Positions 28,784 through 38,702 of a DNA stretch of 64,000 bases are shown here, one piece after another; position 1 is the first letter of the stretch; every line of letters starts with the position of its first letter. This DNA is from an uncultured Enterobacteriaceae bacterium (GTDB lineage Bacteria > Myxococcota_A > UBA9042). The DNA is taken from NCBI GenBank assembly GCA_964447285.1, contig CAYURO010000018.1, positions 20,522 through 84,521 on the forward strand. The letters are read 5' to 3'. The position numbers and the translations under genes were made by a program. Below the pieces are notes generated by a model, which saw nothing but the letters and a program-made list of their open reading frames with translations, had not been told where the DNA came from and ran no database searches.

Positions 28784-30379
28784 GTGTCGACCTTCCTTTC
28801 GACCCGCCGCTGTTCGTTCATCGTCTTCCTTTCGCTACTTGCAGTGTCGGCCGGCTGCGGCTCGAGCTCGGGCGCAGGGGGCTACTACTACATTCCCGTG
28901 GATGCGGCGGACGGCACCGGATCCGACGGCAGCGACGCCGCCAATCCCGACGCCAACCCGGCCGATGCGAAGACCGACACGGTGGCCGACGTCACCGCCG
29001 ACGCGACCGACCTGGACGCCACCGAGACCCTCGACACGGTCGACGCCACCGACGTCCCGGACGGCACCGACACGACCGATGTCCCCGACACGACAGACGT
29101 CTTCGACACCACGGACACCACCGAGGTGCAAGACACGACCGATGCCGTCGACACCACCGACGTCGTGGACACCACCGACACGACCGACACGATGGACGTC
29201 CCCGACACGACCGACACGATGGACGTCCCCGACACCACCGACACGTCCGACACGACCGACGCCGCGGACACGACCGACACGACCGACGGCGTCGTGGGAC
29301 CTGCCTGCGCCCCCACGCCGAATATCGCCGGTCTGCTGCAGTGCCCCGAGGGCAAGGTCGACGTGACGCTGAAGGCCGCGACCGTCACCTACGTGTTCAA
29401 TGCCGGCTACTTCCTGGCCGACGAGAGCACCACCCACGGCATCGAGGTCTACGTCGGCACCACCTGGACGTACCCCAAGCCGGTCGTGGGCGACCGCGTC
29501 GACTTGCACCTGACCGAGTGGGGCAACTGGAAGAACCAGCAGGAGATCACGGCGGCCGACGCGCCCGTGGCCTTGGGCGTGGGCAACCCGGCCGTGTTCA
29601 AGCTGGACCTGCAGTCGCCCGGATCCGCCGGCGTGCTGGCCGAGACCCACGAGAGCCGCGAGGTGGGGGGCACGGGCCTGAAGGTGCTGACGGTGGCCGG
29701 CGCGGACCTGACCGTTGCGTCCAACGTGCTGCCCAACATGGTGTTTCGCGTCGACGGCACCAGCACTTTGTGCAAGGGAGCGGTCTTCGAGCTGAAGTCG
29801 GCCGTCATCACCCAATTCGGCGAGATCTATCGTGTGCAATTGATGAACGGTGCAGCAGACTTGGGCACCATCGATATCTCGGGCTGCACGCCTGACCCGA
29901 TCGACGAGACGCAGAACTGGGGCTTCGAAGACCTGGCCGCCACCGACCCGCCGGCGGGTTTCGTCAAGCTGACCGGTCTGTTCTCGGCCCTGCGCACCAC
30001 GACCGTCGCCCACGCCGGCGCGGCGTCTTGCGAACTGATCTGGACCTCGGACGCCAACCAGGACTTTACCACCGGCGCCTATGCCGAGATCCTGCCCGGC
30101 GACACGGTCAAATTCAGCTTCTGGGTGCTGGACGAGGATGTGGCGGGCCGTGTGCGGCCGGGGCTGCTGTTCTACAAGGCCGACAAGACGTTCTTGAAGT
30201 CAGAGTATGCCACGGGGTACTCGGTCGACGCGGCGGGGGTGTGGAACCAGCTCGCGCATACCTTCGTCGCTCCGGCCGACGCCGCGTTCGTGCGCGGGCA
30301 GGTGCGGATGTACGACGTGGCGCCCTTCCCGGGGTCGGCCAAGGTGCGCATCGACGACTGGAGCATCGGCAAGCAGTAG
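28784..30379 (+). CDS. Secreted lipoprotein with a long acidic Thr/Asp-rich linker and a C-terminal globular domain
   Basis: GGAGG Shine-Dalgarno then a GTG start. Lipobox AVSAGC. About 120 aa of TDTTDV-type low complexity. No family motif recognised in the C-terminal domain. Confidence 0.55.
   Translation: MSTFLSTRRCSFIVFLSLLAVSAGCGSSSGAGGYYYIPVDAADGTGSDGSDAANPDANPADAKTDTVADVTADATDLDATETLDTVDATDVPDGTDTTDVPDTTDVFDTTDTTEVQDTTDAVDTTDVVDTTDTTDTMDVPDTTDTMDVPDTTDTSDTTDAADTTDTTDGVVGPACAPTPNIAGLLQCPEGKVDVTLKAATVTYVFNAGYFLADESTTHGIEVYVGTTWTYPKPVVGDRVDLHLTEWGNWKNQQEITAADAPVALGVGNPAVFKLDLQSPGSAGVLAETHESREVGGTGLKVLTVAGADLTVASNVLPNMVFRVDGTSTLCKGAVFELKSAVITQFGEIYRVQLMNGAADLGTIDISGCTPDPIDETQNWGFEDLAATDPPAGFVKLTGLFSALRTTTVAHAGAASCELIWTSDANQDFTTGAYAEILPGDTVKFSFWVLDEDVAGRVRPGLLFYKADKTFLKSEYATGYSVDAAGVWNQLAHTFVAPADAAFVRGQVRMYDVAPFPGSAKVRIDDWSIGKQ
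28900..29300. repeat. Degenerate DNA repeats (gacaccaccgac / gacacgaccgat) encoding the D/T-rich linker
   Basis: Visible iterations of gacacgaccgacacgatggacgtccccgacac and similar units. They generate antisense ORFs rich in Ser/Val. Confidence 0.8.
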
Positions 30380-30411
30380 ACGGCAAGCGGACTTGCGTCG
30401 CGCATCCGATG

Positions 30412-31509
30412 TCACGCGCCCTTGCCCCCGCGGTCGCGCTCGCCCTTCTTCCAGCGGCGAATCTCGCGTGAGAGGTCCTTCTCCGAGGCCTTGCGCTCTT
30501 GGGCCTGCCGTTGGGCAAAGCGCGCGTCGGCCATCGCGACCTCGTCTCGCAGCGCCAGCCACGACTCCAGGCGAACCGCCGGCAATTCCCCTGACTCGAC
30601 GGCCAGTTCCAGTGCGCAGCCCGGGTCGCCGCGGTGGCCGCAGTCGCGGAATCGGCAACCCGACGCCAGCGCCTCGACGTCGGCAAAGGTCGCCGCCACG
30701 CCCGCCTCGGCGTCTACCAGTCCGAACTCGCGCATGCCGGGCGTGTCGATCAGCAGCAGCCCGTCGGGTCCCGGCAGCAGCTGTCGGCGCGTCGTGGCGT
30801 GCCGCCCGGTGTCGTCCGAGTCGCGCACCGGCAGCGTGGGCTGCACGTCGTCGCCCAGCAAGCGGTTGATCAGGGTCGACTTGCCCACGCCCGACGACCC
30901 GGCAAAGGCCACCGTGGCGTGGGGGGGGAGCACCGCGCGCAGGGCGTCGAGGCCACCCGACACCACCGCGCTGGTCAGGACCACCGGCACGCCTGGGACG
31001 GCTTCTTCGAGCTCGGCGCGCACCGCCACCGGGTCGTGGGCGCGGTCTGCTTTCGAGACGATCACGACGGCCTGGGCACCCCCCGCAAGCGCCGCGCTGA
31101 CGTACCGCTGCACCCGCCGGGCCGAGAAGTCCTCGCCCAACGCGGTCACCACCAACACGACGTCCACGTTGGCCGCGACAAGCTGGGGGGCGCTGGCCCG
31201 ACCCGGCGCCTTGCGCGCGAACATGCTGTGGCGGGGCAGCAACTGCTCGGCCACGTCGTCCAACCCCAGGCGCCGACACGCGATCCAATCGCCGACGGCC
31301 AGCGCGGGGTCCAGCCGCAGGACCAGCTTGCGTGGCTCCCACGGGTCGGGTGGCAATCCCAGGACCCGCACGCTGCCGCGGTCGACCGCGCACACCCGGG
31401 CGGGCAGCAGGTCGGGGGCGCCCAGGTCGTTCAGCGCGGCCGTCAGGCGCGGGGACCAACCCAGGGCAGTCAGGGCAAGGGGCATCGTCGGGGGGGATTC
31501 GGCAGCCAT
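30412..31509 (-). CDS. rsgA: Ribosome small-subunit-dependent GTPase A (RsgA/YjeQ)
   Basis: Circularly permuted GTPase order: G4-like VVLVVTALGEDF, then G1 GSSGVGKSTLINRL, then DTPG. C-terminal zinc motif CRFRDCGHRGDPGC. Confidence 0.85.
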   Translation of the reverse strand: MAAESPPTMPLALTALGWSPRLTAALNDLGAPDLLPARVCAVDRGSVRVLGLPPDPWEPRKLVLRLDPALAVGDWIACRRLGLDDVAEQLLPRHSMFARKAPGRASAPQLVAANVDVVLVVTALGEDFSARRVQRYVSAALAGGAQAVVIVSKADRAHDPVAVRAELEEAVPGVPVVLTSAVVSGGLDALRAVLPPHATVAFAGSSGVGKSTLINRLLGDDVQPTLPVRDSDDTGRHATTRRQLLPGPDGLLLIDTPGMREFGLVDAEAGVAATFADVEALASGCRFRDCGHRGDPGCALELAVESGELPAVRLESWLALRDEVAMADARFAQRQAQERKASEKDLSREIRRWKKGERDRGGKGA

Positions 31510-31594
31510 GGCGCGACGCTACGAATGCCCGCGGCGCTCGTCAACCCGGGTCGCCTCTGCAAGACCGCCCGCCGGACCCGGGGCAGGGCAGCCA

Positions 31595-31640
31595 AAACGC
31601 CGAAGGGGACCCCCGCCGCAGTCGGCAGGGGTCCCCTTCA
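31595..31640 (-). terminator. Intrinsic terminator downstream of the zincin gene
   Basis: On the minus strand: GGGGTCCCCTTC - loop - the plus-strand arm GAAGGGGACCCC forms a 12-bp GC-rich stem, followed by GGCGTTTTGG (T-run). Confidence 0.5.
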
Positions 31641-31663
31641 TGCGTCTATCGACCCTCAATCGC

Positions 31664-34600
31664 TCAGTAGATGCCCTTGGCGTTCGCACCGCCGAAGCCG
31701 TATGCGTCTACGGCCTCGCGCAGGTAGAACGGCACTTCGGTATACTGTCCCAGCTTCATGCACGCCTTGTTGTGCACGCACTTGCACCCGCTGTTGTCCG
31801 TGGCAGAGCAGCCCGCGATGGGGCCACCGTTCACGTTCTCCATCGAGGGGTCGTACTTCACCAGGGCCTCGCCGGTCTTGTCGCTGTAGACGGGCTCGTA
31901 CCAGTCGGGAATGCCGTCACCGTCCTGGTCGGGGCCGGGCGTCGTCTGGTAAGCGTCTTTCAGCAGCGAGTTGGCGTATTCGAGCACGCGCGCGGCGATG
32001 CCCTTCTCGACCGTGCGGCCGAAGATGGTCTCGCGGCCGATGCGCCGGGCGACGTAGATCTTGCCGATCGGGTTATGGAACTCGATGCGCGCCTTGATGC
32101 CCGGGTCGGAGTCCTTGCCGAGCTCCCAGATGCGCATCATGTCCATCCAGCCCTGCTGCGCGTTCTCTGGCAGGTACAGCATCGTCCAGGCGATCAGGAA
32201 CTTCTGCTGCTCCCAGCCCACCTGCGGGTCGACCACGGCCGTCTTGACGGGGGCCACGGCACCAAAGGGCTTGTCGTCGGTCGAGCCATAGGTCGTGCAG
32301 ACGGTGCTGTTCTGCGCCGGGAAGCAACTGGTGGGCTGCATGCCGAACCACGTCGTCCAGCCAAAGCCCATCGTCGGGAACTTCTGGGTGTCGATCAGCG
32401 GCTTGCCGTTGGCGCCGGCGGCAAGGCGCGGGCCCTTCAGGAAGTCGTCGCCGGTCAGTTGGTTGGCAAGCAGGCGGCGGAAGCCGTCCGGGAAGAGGTC
32501 TGCCAGCGAGGCTGAGCGGTAGCGAGCGTCGACGAAGTCGCCGAGGGACGAGCTGATGAAGTTGTCGACCGATTCGGTCATCAGCATCGAGATGTACATC
32601 TTGTCGTAGTACGAACCCGCATTCAGCGTGTACTGCGAGTCGTACTCGCCCTTGTCGCTGGCCAGTTGGTTCTCGACCGGGCGACCGCCGTAGGTGACCT
32701 GACCGAAGTAGCCCGTTGCGCCATTCGGAACGACTACCGTGACGGTCGCCGGCGAGCTGCTCATCTTCGATTCCATCGACCTCAGCACGCCATTCGCGGC
32801 GTCGGCGAAGTGCTCGCCTGCCTCTGGACGCGCCAACTGCTTGGCGAAGTGGTCAAACACGATACCCGAGGCCAGCACGTTGTCGGGGAAGAACGACTTG
32901 GCGGCATAGGCCCACAGCTCGTCCGGATCCGCGCCCACTTCAAGCGCGACGTCCCGGTAGATATTGCGGTACAGGGCCAAGCCCTTGGCGCCGTCGCGCA
33001 GCTTCTCGTTGAAGCGGGTCAGCGCGCGGTTCGCGGCGCCGCGGACCGAGAAGCTCTTTCGGCCGCGACGGTAGTTGTCGAAGATGTGGCCTACTTCCTG
33101 CTGGGTGATCATGAACCCGAAGATCTCGTAGGGATCCGCACCGTTATCGTGGCGGTACACGCTCAGGTTGCCCAGGTCGGCCCAGTTGTCGGTCGCGAAG
33201 CCATAGGGCACACGCTGGCGCTTCTGGGGGTCCACAGCAACGCCACCGCGGTAACCGCCCGTCGGCAGTTCGTTCGTCGCCGGCGCGCGCAGGCTGGTCC
33301 AGGGCACGTAATCGACCTTCTGCTGGCGGCAGCGGGTGTATCTCTCGTCAATCTTGACGATCAGGCCGTCGAGCAGGGGCGAGAAGGAACCGTCGGTCGC
33401 CTCGTTCCAGCGCGCCGGCTTGAACTTCAGGGGGTCGACCTCTTGGCAGTCCTTGATCAACTCGAAGCCCGTGTTCAGCGCCGAGTAATGGATGTCTTTG
33501 GACCCAAGGCTGAAAGTCAGGCCGAGGATGCCACCGAAGTTGTCGGTCTTGCCCAGCATGGCCTTGCCGCGTGGTGTGCCGGCCTTGTAGGTGTCGTCGG
33601 CGTACACGGCCACCGAGTCGCCGTACAGCATGCGCGTCGCGGCAAAGTCGTACACGCCAAGACCCAGGAAGTCCTGAGTGGTCTCGCCGGCATAGTCCAT
33701 GATCGACGACTGCTGCCACATCCAGATCAGGTTGTCGCGCTCCTCCTTGGTCACCGGGTCGAAGTAGCGCGGGCCGACGCACGTCGAGCCGTCGGGAGCC
33801 AGCGCCTTGCAGTCGGTCTTGACCTTGCCGTTCTTGGTGCGGAGCTGCCAGTACTGCGGGCGGAAGCCGGTCGCGTCGGAGGAGCTGATGAAGTTGTGGC
33901 GCAGACCGATGCTGTGTCCCATTTCGTGCGCGATGACCGCGTAGTGGGCGCGGCGAGCGACGTAGTCGCGCATCTTCTCTGCGCGCGCCTGCTGAACTTC
34001 CGGCGGCTGGGTCGGGTCGAACTGGCCAAACTTCTCCTGCAGCACGTCTGCAAGGCCGGCGATGCTCAGCGGTGCCTCAGCCATCTGCATGATGCACATG
34101 CCCCGCTCGGCCAGGGCGGTCTCCTTCATGCGGCGCAACTCGCGCTGAACCGCCGGGTTGCCGCCACGCAGCGGCGAGGCGATGTCCAACACGGCCTGGC
34201 CCAGCGGCATCCCCACCATGCCGGCAAGCACCTGGACGGCGGGCGTGATCAGCGAGGCCTCGAACAGCGTTCCCATCGCCATCTGGCGGCGGGCGGCGTA
34301 GGTGGGCGCCATGGCCGAAGCGACCTTTGCGGAGGCGGTCACTTCCTTCAACTGATGCTTCAGGTCCACGGCGGCCTGAACCGCTTCGGGGTGCTGCTGC
34401 TCGAAGGCGGCGGCACGCTCGGCGTTCATGTCGATGCCTTCAGACTGGGCGGTGCGCGCGTTGAATTCTTCAGCCGTCAGGCGGGGAAGCAGGCCGTTGG
34501 CAGAGGCGGCACGGGCGGCCTCGGACCAGTCTTTGATGTACTTGCCCTCGGTGATGCTCTCGGCCTTCAGCTCGCCAGCGATATAGCGAGCCTGGTCGAC

Positions 34601-36559
34601 GACGCCCTGACTCCAGAGGTCGTTGACGTACGTCCACGCGTTGATGCTGGCGGCGATGGTCTCGCCAGTCAGCGGGTCGTTCGAGTCGACCATGATGCCC
34701 CAGGGCGACGGCGTCTGCGGTTCGGGAAGGCCATTGACCTGGTGGTAGCGCAGGTCGCCGCGGCGGACGTTCAGGGCCTTGGCGCACACCGCCAGCGTCT
34801 CGGTGTCGCCGTCGACGCGGGCCGTCTCGCACTTGTCCGCGGTCCAGCCGATCGGCAGGCGCTCGGCCGTCTTGGCGCACCCGATGGGGTCGCCCAGCTC
34901 GACGGGGCTGTGGCACAGGACGATCATCTCGGGCATCTTCGCGATCGCCTTGACGCCGTCGGTATAGCCGCGCTCTGTCCCCACCGTGTCGGCCAGGTTC
35001 TGGCACAGCAGCTCGTTGCGACCCAACTGCGCGTAAGCACGGCTGTTGCGGCAGTCGTCGACTTCCATCGCCAGCGCGACGGCATCACCGTTGTCGTCCT
35101 GCTGGCCGTCGTACACAGGGAACTGCGTATCGCACTTGGCGTACTCGGCAACCAGGTCCACCGCGGCCCCGCCGTCGGGAACAGTGGCGCTCGCTCTGGC
35201 TTGGGCAACGCGCTTGCACTCACCGAGCTGCGACGACCGGATGGCGACGCGCAGGGCGATGTCCCATTCGTGGGTGGCCTGCTCCGTGGCCTCGAAGTAC
35301 TTCAGGTTGCTGCCACCGGTGTAGTACCACGCGACCGGCTTGGCCAGGCGCTGGGTCAAGGGCAGGGTGCAGCGCTGCTTGAACGTGTCGCAACGAGATC
35401 CGTTGCCAACGGAAGCGCACTCGTCTTCGGTGCCGTCCTGGTTCAGGTCGCGGTGCGGGTCCTGGCCATACTTGGTGGTCTCGGGGGTATAGCAGGCGAC
35501 CGGACCGCCCTTGGGGTCCTGGAACGTCGTGGGCGTCGAGGTCGGCTTGCCGCTGGCGTCCAGCTTGTAGTACGCGTGGCTCTGCTCCCAGATGTTGTAA
35601 TAGTTCAAGAAGCGGTACCACTTGGCGTCGGTCATGCCGTAGTTGCGCGTGTATCCCGACCGCTCGGTGGTGAAGCCGCCAAACGCCTGAAAGCGAAAGC
35701 CGTCCCAGTCGCGGGGTTCGAAGTCGGTGACCACGACGCGGCGGAAGGCATGGCGGACGGTGAGCTCGATGGGGTTGCACGAGCCCGCGGGCGCGGTGCC
35801 GCCGGCAAAGTCGGCCTCGAGGAAGCAGGCAGGGAACGTGTCGATGCCCCAGCCCAGGTGGCTGAGATCGACGACGCCCGGCTTGGCGAACGCCTTGCTG
35901 GTGATGTCGAAGTAGCTGTTGTCTTTGGCGAAGTACGGGGCATTCGGGTCGTTCGGGTCCTGGACGTTGTACGCCATGGGCTCGTACTGCACGCCGCCGT
36001 AGATGCCGACCATCGACAGGGTGTCGAAGTCGTAGCTATCCACGTTCTGGTTCTTCGACCAGTCGATCCGCATGTGGGTGCGCTGGTACCAAGGGCGGTC
36101 GTAGTTGTTCTCCTCGAGGATGTTCATCTCCTCGCCCGTGGTGGAGTTGTACGACCGCTTGATGTCGAAGTGCGACTCGATGCGGAACGCGCAGACGATC
36201 ACGCCGTCCTGCGTCGCCTTGCCCAGGCCCTTGCCGTCCGAGCCCTCGATGCGCTCGTAGGCGAGGCGGCCGATCAGCAGCCCTTCGGTGATCTGCCACT
36301 TGATACGCGACACCGGCTGCGCATAGGTCGACGTGAACAGGCCGTCCTGCGACGCGCCGTAGCCGACGTCGATCAGGGTGGCCTGCGCCCAGAATTCCGG
36401 GTCGTCAGCGGTGCTGACCAGGTCCTTGCCGACGAACAGGGTCTTGTCGAGCGCCCAGGGCTGGACGCGGTCGATCGGGGCACGCTCCTCGGCACAACTG
36501 GCGGAAAAGGCCGAAAGGGCGAGCAGCAGGAACAGGGGGGCGCGAAGGGCGCGGAACAT
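31664..36559 (-). CDS. Giant secreted or lipo-anchored zinc metalloprotease-like protein (HEXXH zincin), about 1632 aa
   Basis: Signal peptide with lipobox FSASC. Zincin motif VIAHEMGHSIGLRHNF near residue 1000. The rest resembles no family I can name. Confidence 0.7.
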   Translation of the reverse strand: MFRALRAPLFLLLALSAFSASCAEERAPIDRVQPWALDKTLFVGKDLVSTADDPEFWAQATLIDVGYGASQDGLFTSTYAQPVSRIKWQITEGLLIGRLAYERIEGSDGKGLGKATQDGVIVCAFRIESHFDIKRSYNSTTGEEMNILEENNYDRPWYQRTHMRIDWSKNQNVDSYDFDTLSMVGIYGGVQYEPMAYNVQDPNDPNAPYFAKDNSYFDITSKAFAKPGVVDLSHLGWGIDTFPACFLEADFAGGTAPAGSCNPIELTVRHAFRRVVVTDFEPRDWDGFRFQAFGGFTTERSGYTRNYGMTDAKWYRFLNYYNIWEQSHAYYKLDASGKPTSTPTTFQDPKGGPVACYTPETTKYGQDPHRDLNQDGTEDECASVGNGSRCDTFKQRCTLPLTQRLAKPVAWYYTGGSNLKYFEATEQATHEWDIALRVAIRSSQLGECKRVAQARASATVPDGGAAVDLVAEYAKCDTQFPVYDGQQDDNGDAVALAMEVDDCRNSRAYAQLGRNELLCQNLADTVGTERGYTDGVKAIAKMPEMIVLCHSPVELGDPIGCAKTAERLPIGWTADKCETARVDGDTETLAVCAKALNVRRGDLRYHQVNGLPEPQTPSPWGIMVDSNDPLTGETIAASINAWTYVNDLWSQGVVDQARYIAGELKAESITEGKYIKDWSEAARAASANGLLPRLTAEEFNARTAQSEGIDMNAERAAAFEQQHPEAVQAAVDLKHQLKEVTASAKVASAMAPTYAARRQMAMGTLFEASLITPAVQVLAGMVGMPLGQAVLDIASPLRGGNPAVQRELRRMKETALAERGMCIMQMAEAPLSIAGLADVLQEKFGQFDPTQPPEVQQARAEKMRDYVARRAHYAVIAHEMGHSIGLRHNFISSSDATGFRPQYWQLRTKNGKVKTDCKALAPDGSTCVGPRYFDPVTKEERDNLIWMWQQSSIMDYAGETTQDFLGLGVYDFAATRMLYGDSVAVYADDTYKAGTPRGKAMLGKTDNFGGILGLTFSLGSKDIHYSALNTGFELIKDCQEVDPLKFKPARWNEATDGSFSPLLDGLIVKIDERYTRCRQQKVDYVPWTSLRAPATNELPTGGYRGGVAVDPQKRQRVPYGFATDNWADLGNLSVYRHDNGADPYEIFGFMITQQEVGHIFDNYRRGRKSFSVRGAANRALTRFNEKLRDGAKGLALYRNIYRDVALEVGADPDELWAYAAKSFFPDNVLASGIVFDHFAKQLARPEAGEHFADAANGVLRSMESKMSSSPATVTVVVPNGATGYFGQVTYGGRPVENQLASDKGEYDSQYTLNAGSYYDKMYISMLMTESVDNFISSSLGDFVDARYRSASLADLFPDGFRRLLANQLTGDDFLKGPRLAAGANGKPLIDTQKFPTMGFGWTTWFGMQPTSCFPAQNSTVCTTYGSTDDKPFGAVAPVKTAVVDPQVGWEQQKFLIAWTMLYLPENAQQGWMDMMRIWELGKDSDPGIKARIEFHNPIGKIYVARRIGRETIFGRTVEKGIAARVLEYANSLLKDAYQTTPGPDQDGDGIPDWYEPVYSDKTGEALVKYDPSMENVNGGPIAGCSATDNSGCKCVHNKACMKLGQYTEVPFYLREAVDAYGFGGANAKGIY

Positions 36560-36596
36560 CGAGGACCTCCCGGACGGGCGAGACGAAATGGCGGGG

Positions 36597-37637
36597 CTAG
36601 AAGAGCTCCGCGGGGGCGATCTGCAAATTGAGGTACAGATTCGTGAAACGATTGAAGAAAACCGATTGGTAGGTCGAATCTGGCGCGAGCTGGCTGTTGA
36701 CCGTCTGGGCGCCCAGCGACACATTCACCACATCCGTGATGTCCCACGACGCCTCGACCACGTAGACCATGGTCACGCGCTGCGACGGGTCGTTGGGGTC
36801 CGGCTCGACGGTGTAGGTCGTGCCTTTTGCGGTGCCGAGGGCGTAGAGCTGGTCGGCGTGCACTCCCGCGGTGCCGGTAACGGCCACGGACGATACGGGC
36901 GTCCACGTCGCGTTGGCCAAGCCGGTCCAGCGCCACTCGGGGTTGCGCAGGCCGGTGTGCGAGAACTGTGAGCAGCCGCTGGTCAAGTCGGCGCAACCCA
37001 CGACCCACGGCGAGTCGAGCTGGCCGGTCGTGTACTCGTGCGCCATGTAGGTGCCGCGGCCGGTCAACGACAGCTGCAGGCCCTGGCCGGCGAAGCGTGA
37101 GCTCCATGCGGCCGTGACGCCCAGCGACGGGGCAATGATGAGCGAGCGGGCTGCCGACGCCTTGCTGGTGGGCAGGTTCACGCCCAGGTCCGAGGACACC
37201 GACAGGCCGGTGGGGGTCACGGCGTCAGGCAACAAGATCGCATAGCGGGCGCCCAGTTGCGTGTCACCGACCATGGTCTCACCTTGGTAGGTGGTCCAGT
37301 CGCTCTGGGTCAACTCGCGCGAGAGGCTGCTGGATGCGTTGAAGCGCACGCGGCGGCTCAGGGTGTAGCGGACGGTGGCGCTCAGCGACATCTCGACGTT
37401 CGGATTCCAGGTCGGGTCCGCAGCCTTGTCCAGTCCGATCGCGAGGACGTCGGTTCGCAGGCTGACGTCGGAGCCGCGGAAGTTGGCCGCGATGCCGGGA
37501 TCGTCAACGGGCACCGCCACCGCCGTCACTGCATCCTCCGCCGCCGCCGAGGCGGGCCGAGCAAGCATTCCGATGAGGAGGAGCAGGAGGGGCAAGCTCA
37601 GGCAGGGAGAGCAGAGCGGACGAAGAGACCGTGGCAT
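36597..37637 (-). CDS. Outer-membrane beta-barrel protein, likely co-transcribed with the downstream zincin gene
   Basis: Signal peptide LLLLLIGMLARPASAAA. Alternating amphipathic strands. C-terminal ...IAPAELF with terminal Phe is a classic OMP signature. 37 bp upstream of the zincin start. Confidence 0.6.
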   Translation of the reverse strand: MPRSLRPLCSPCLSLPLLLLLIGMLARPASAAAEDAVTAVAVPVDDPGIAANFRGSDVSLRTDVLAIGLDKAADPTWNPNVEMSLSATVRYTLSRRVRFNASSSLSRELTQSDWTTYQGETMVGDTQLGARYAILLPDAVTPTGLSVSSDLGVNLPTSKASAARSLIIAPSLGVTAAWSSRFAGQGLQLSLTGRGTYMAHEYTTGQLDSPWVVGCADLTSGCSQFSHTGLRNPEWRWTGLANATWTPVSSVAVTGTAGVHADQLYALGTAKGTTYTVEPDPNDPSQRVTMVYVVEASWDITDVVNVSLGAQTVNSQLAPDSTYQSVFFNRFTNLYLNLQIAPAELF

Positions 37638-37879
37638 GTGGGGAACCGGGCCTTGGGAGCGGAGAAGAGCGACCACCCGTGCGGGGGCCGAGGGGCGCGT
37701 GTGGTAGTCTGCGCAACGCCGGGTGTCAATGCCGAACTCTGCGAGGAGTCATCTCCGGCCTGACCGCCCCCGTTCGCAGAGTGGACGGGCGGCCCCTTCG
37801 GCAACGCAGTGCGTCAATCGGCGAGCACCTAAAGGGGAAGGTGCAGGCGTGCGGAGTCGTGATCGTGTCGGCCAGCACT

Positions 37880-38611
37880 TCACCGTGGCCAATGGTCGGG
37901 CGCACGTACCAACTCAAGCTCGTGACCGCCCCAGACGGAGTCGAATTCCAGCCGCGTCAAGCCTACTTCGGGGGCCAGACAGCGCTCATAGCTGTAATAG
38001 TCGCCCGTGTCCGGTGACGGGTGCTGCAGTGCGGCGCACAGGCTGGGCCACGAGCCGATGGCCTTGCGGTACACACCCTCGTCGTCCGGGCGCAGCGCCG
38101 CGGGAGAGCCTTCCAACTTGGCGCCGGGCGCCAGAGGCCATGTGGGGTCCTCTGCGACGAGGGTGCGGACCTCGTCGGCGTCGGGGGCGTCGTCGCTGAG
38201 CAGCAGCCATGCGGCGGGCTGACCCTTGAAGGTGCCAAATACCAACGCAAGATGAGGGGCAAATTCGGGGAAGGGAGCGGCCGTCAGGCCCAAACGCTCG
38301 AGGTCGTCCGGTCCTTGGCGCGTCCCTGCGACTTCGACCACCAGGTCGTGCACGCGGTACCCGGCAATCTCGCGCCGACCGGTCTCGACCATGTCCAACT
38401 CGCGGGTGGCGTCGGGCGTTGCGGCTTCTTGCGCTTCGCCATCGCGGGTGACCTTGGCGCGGTAGGTCCAGCGTGGCGCCTTGGATGCATCTGATGCAGT
38501 GGCAGCCGCCGTGGCACCGGAGGGTTCGATGGGCGCCGCGGGCTTGCGCTCGCAACCTGTGCTGACGAGCACGAAGAGCAGGGCGGCAACGGTCGGCAGG
38601 CGGTGGGCCAT
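37880..38611 (-). CDS. Hypothetical lipoprotein
   Basis: Signal peptide and lipobox LVSTGC at the internal Met (the ORF extends to 38782). No recognisable motif. Confidence 0.4.
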   Translation of the reverse strand: MAHRLPTVAALLFVLVSTGCERKPAAPIEPSGATAAATASDASKAPRWTYRAKVTRDGEAQEAATPDATRELDMVETGRREIAGYRVHDLVVEVAGTRQGPDDLERLGLTAAPFPEFAPHLALVFGTFKGQPAAWLLLSDDAPDADEVRTLVAEDPTWPLAPGAKLEGSPAALRPDDEGVYRKAIGSWPSLCAALQHPSPDTGDYYSYERCLAPEVGLTRLEFDSVWGGHELELVRAPDHWPR

Positions 38612-38702
38612 GACGCACCTCAGGGAAGGGAGGCGGCGATGCTGGCGCAATCGGGCTGGTCGCGCAAACCCATGGCCACTTGAGCGAGCGGTCCGGGCGC
38701 GG

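Noticed and set aside
32666-36631. 1321-aa plus-strand ORF
   Set aside because: It is antisense to the zincin gene, which contains a bona fide HEXXH motif and signal peptide. Its composition (R/A/G/V/L) is that of a GC-driven artefact.
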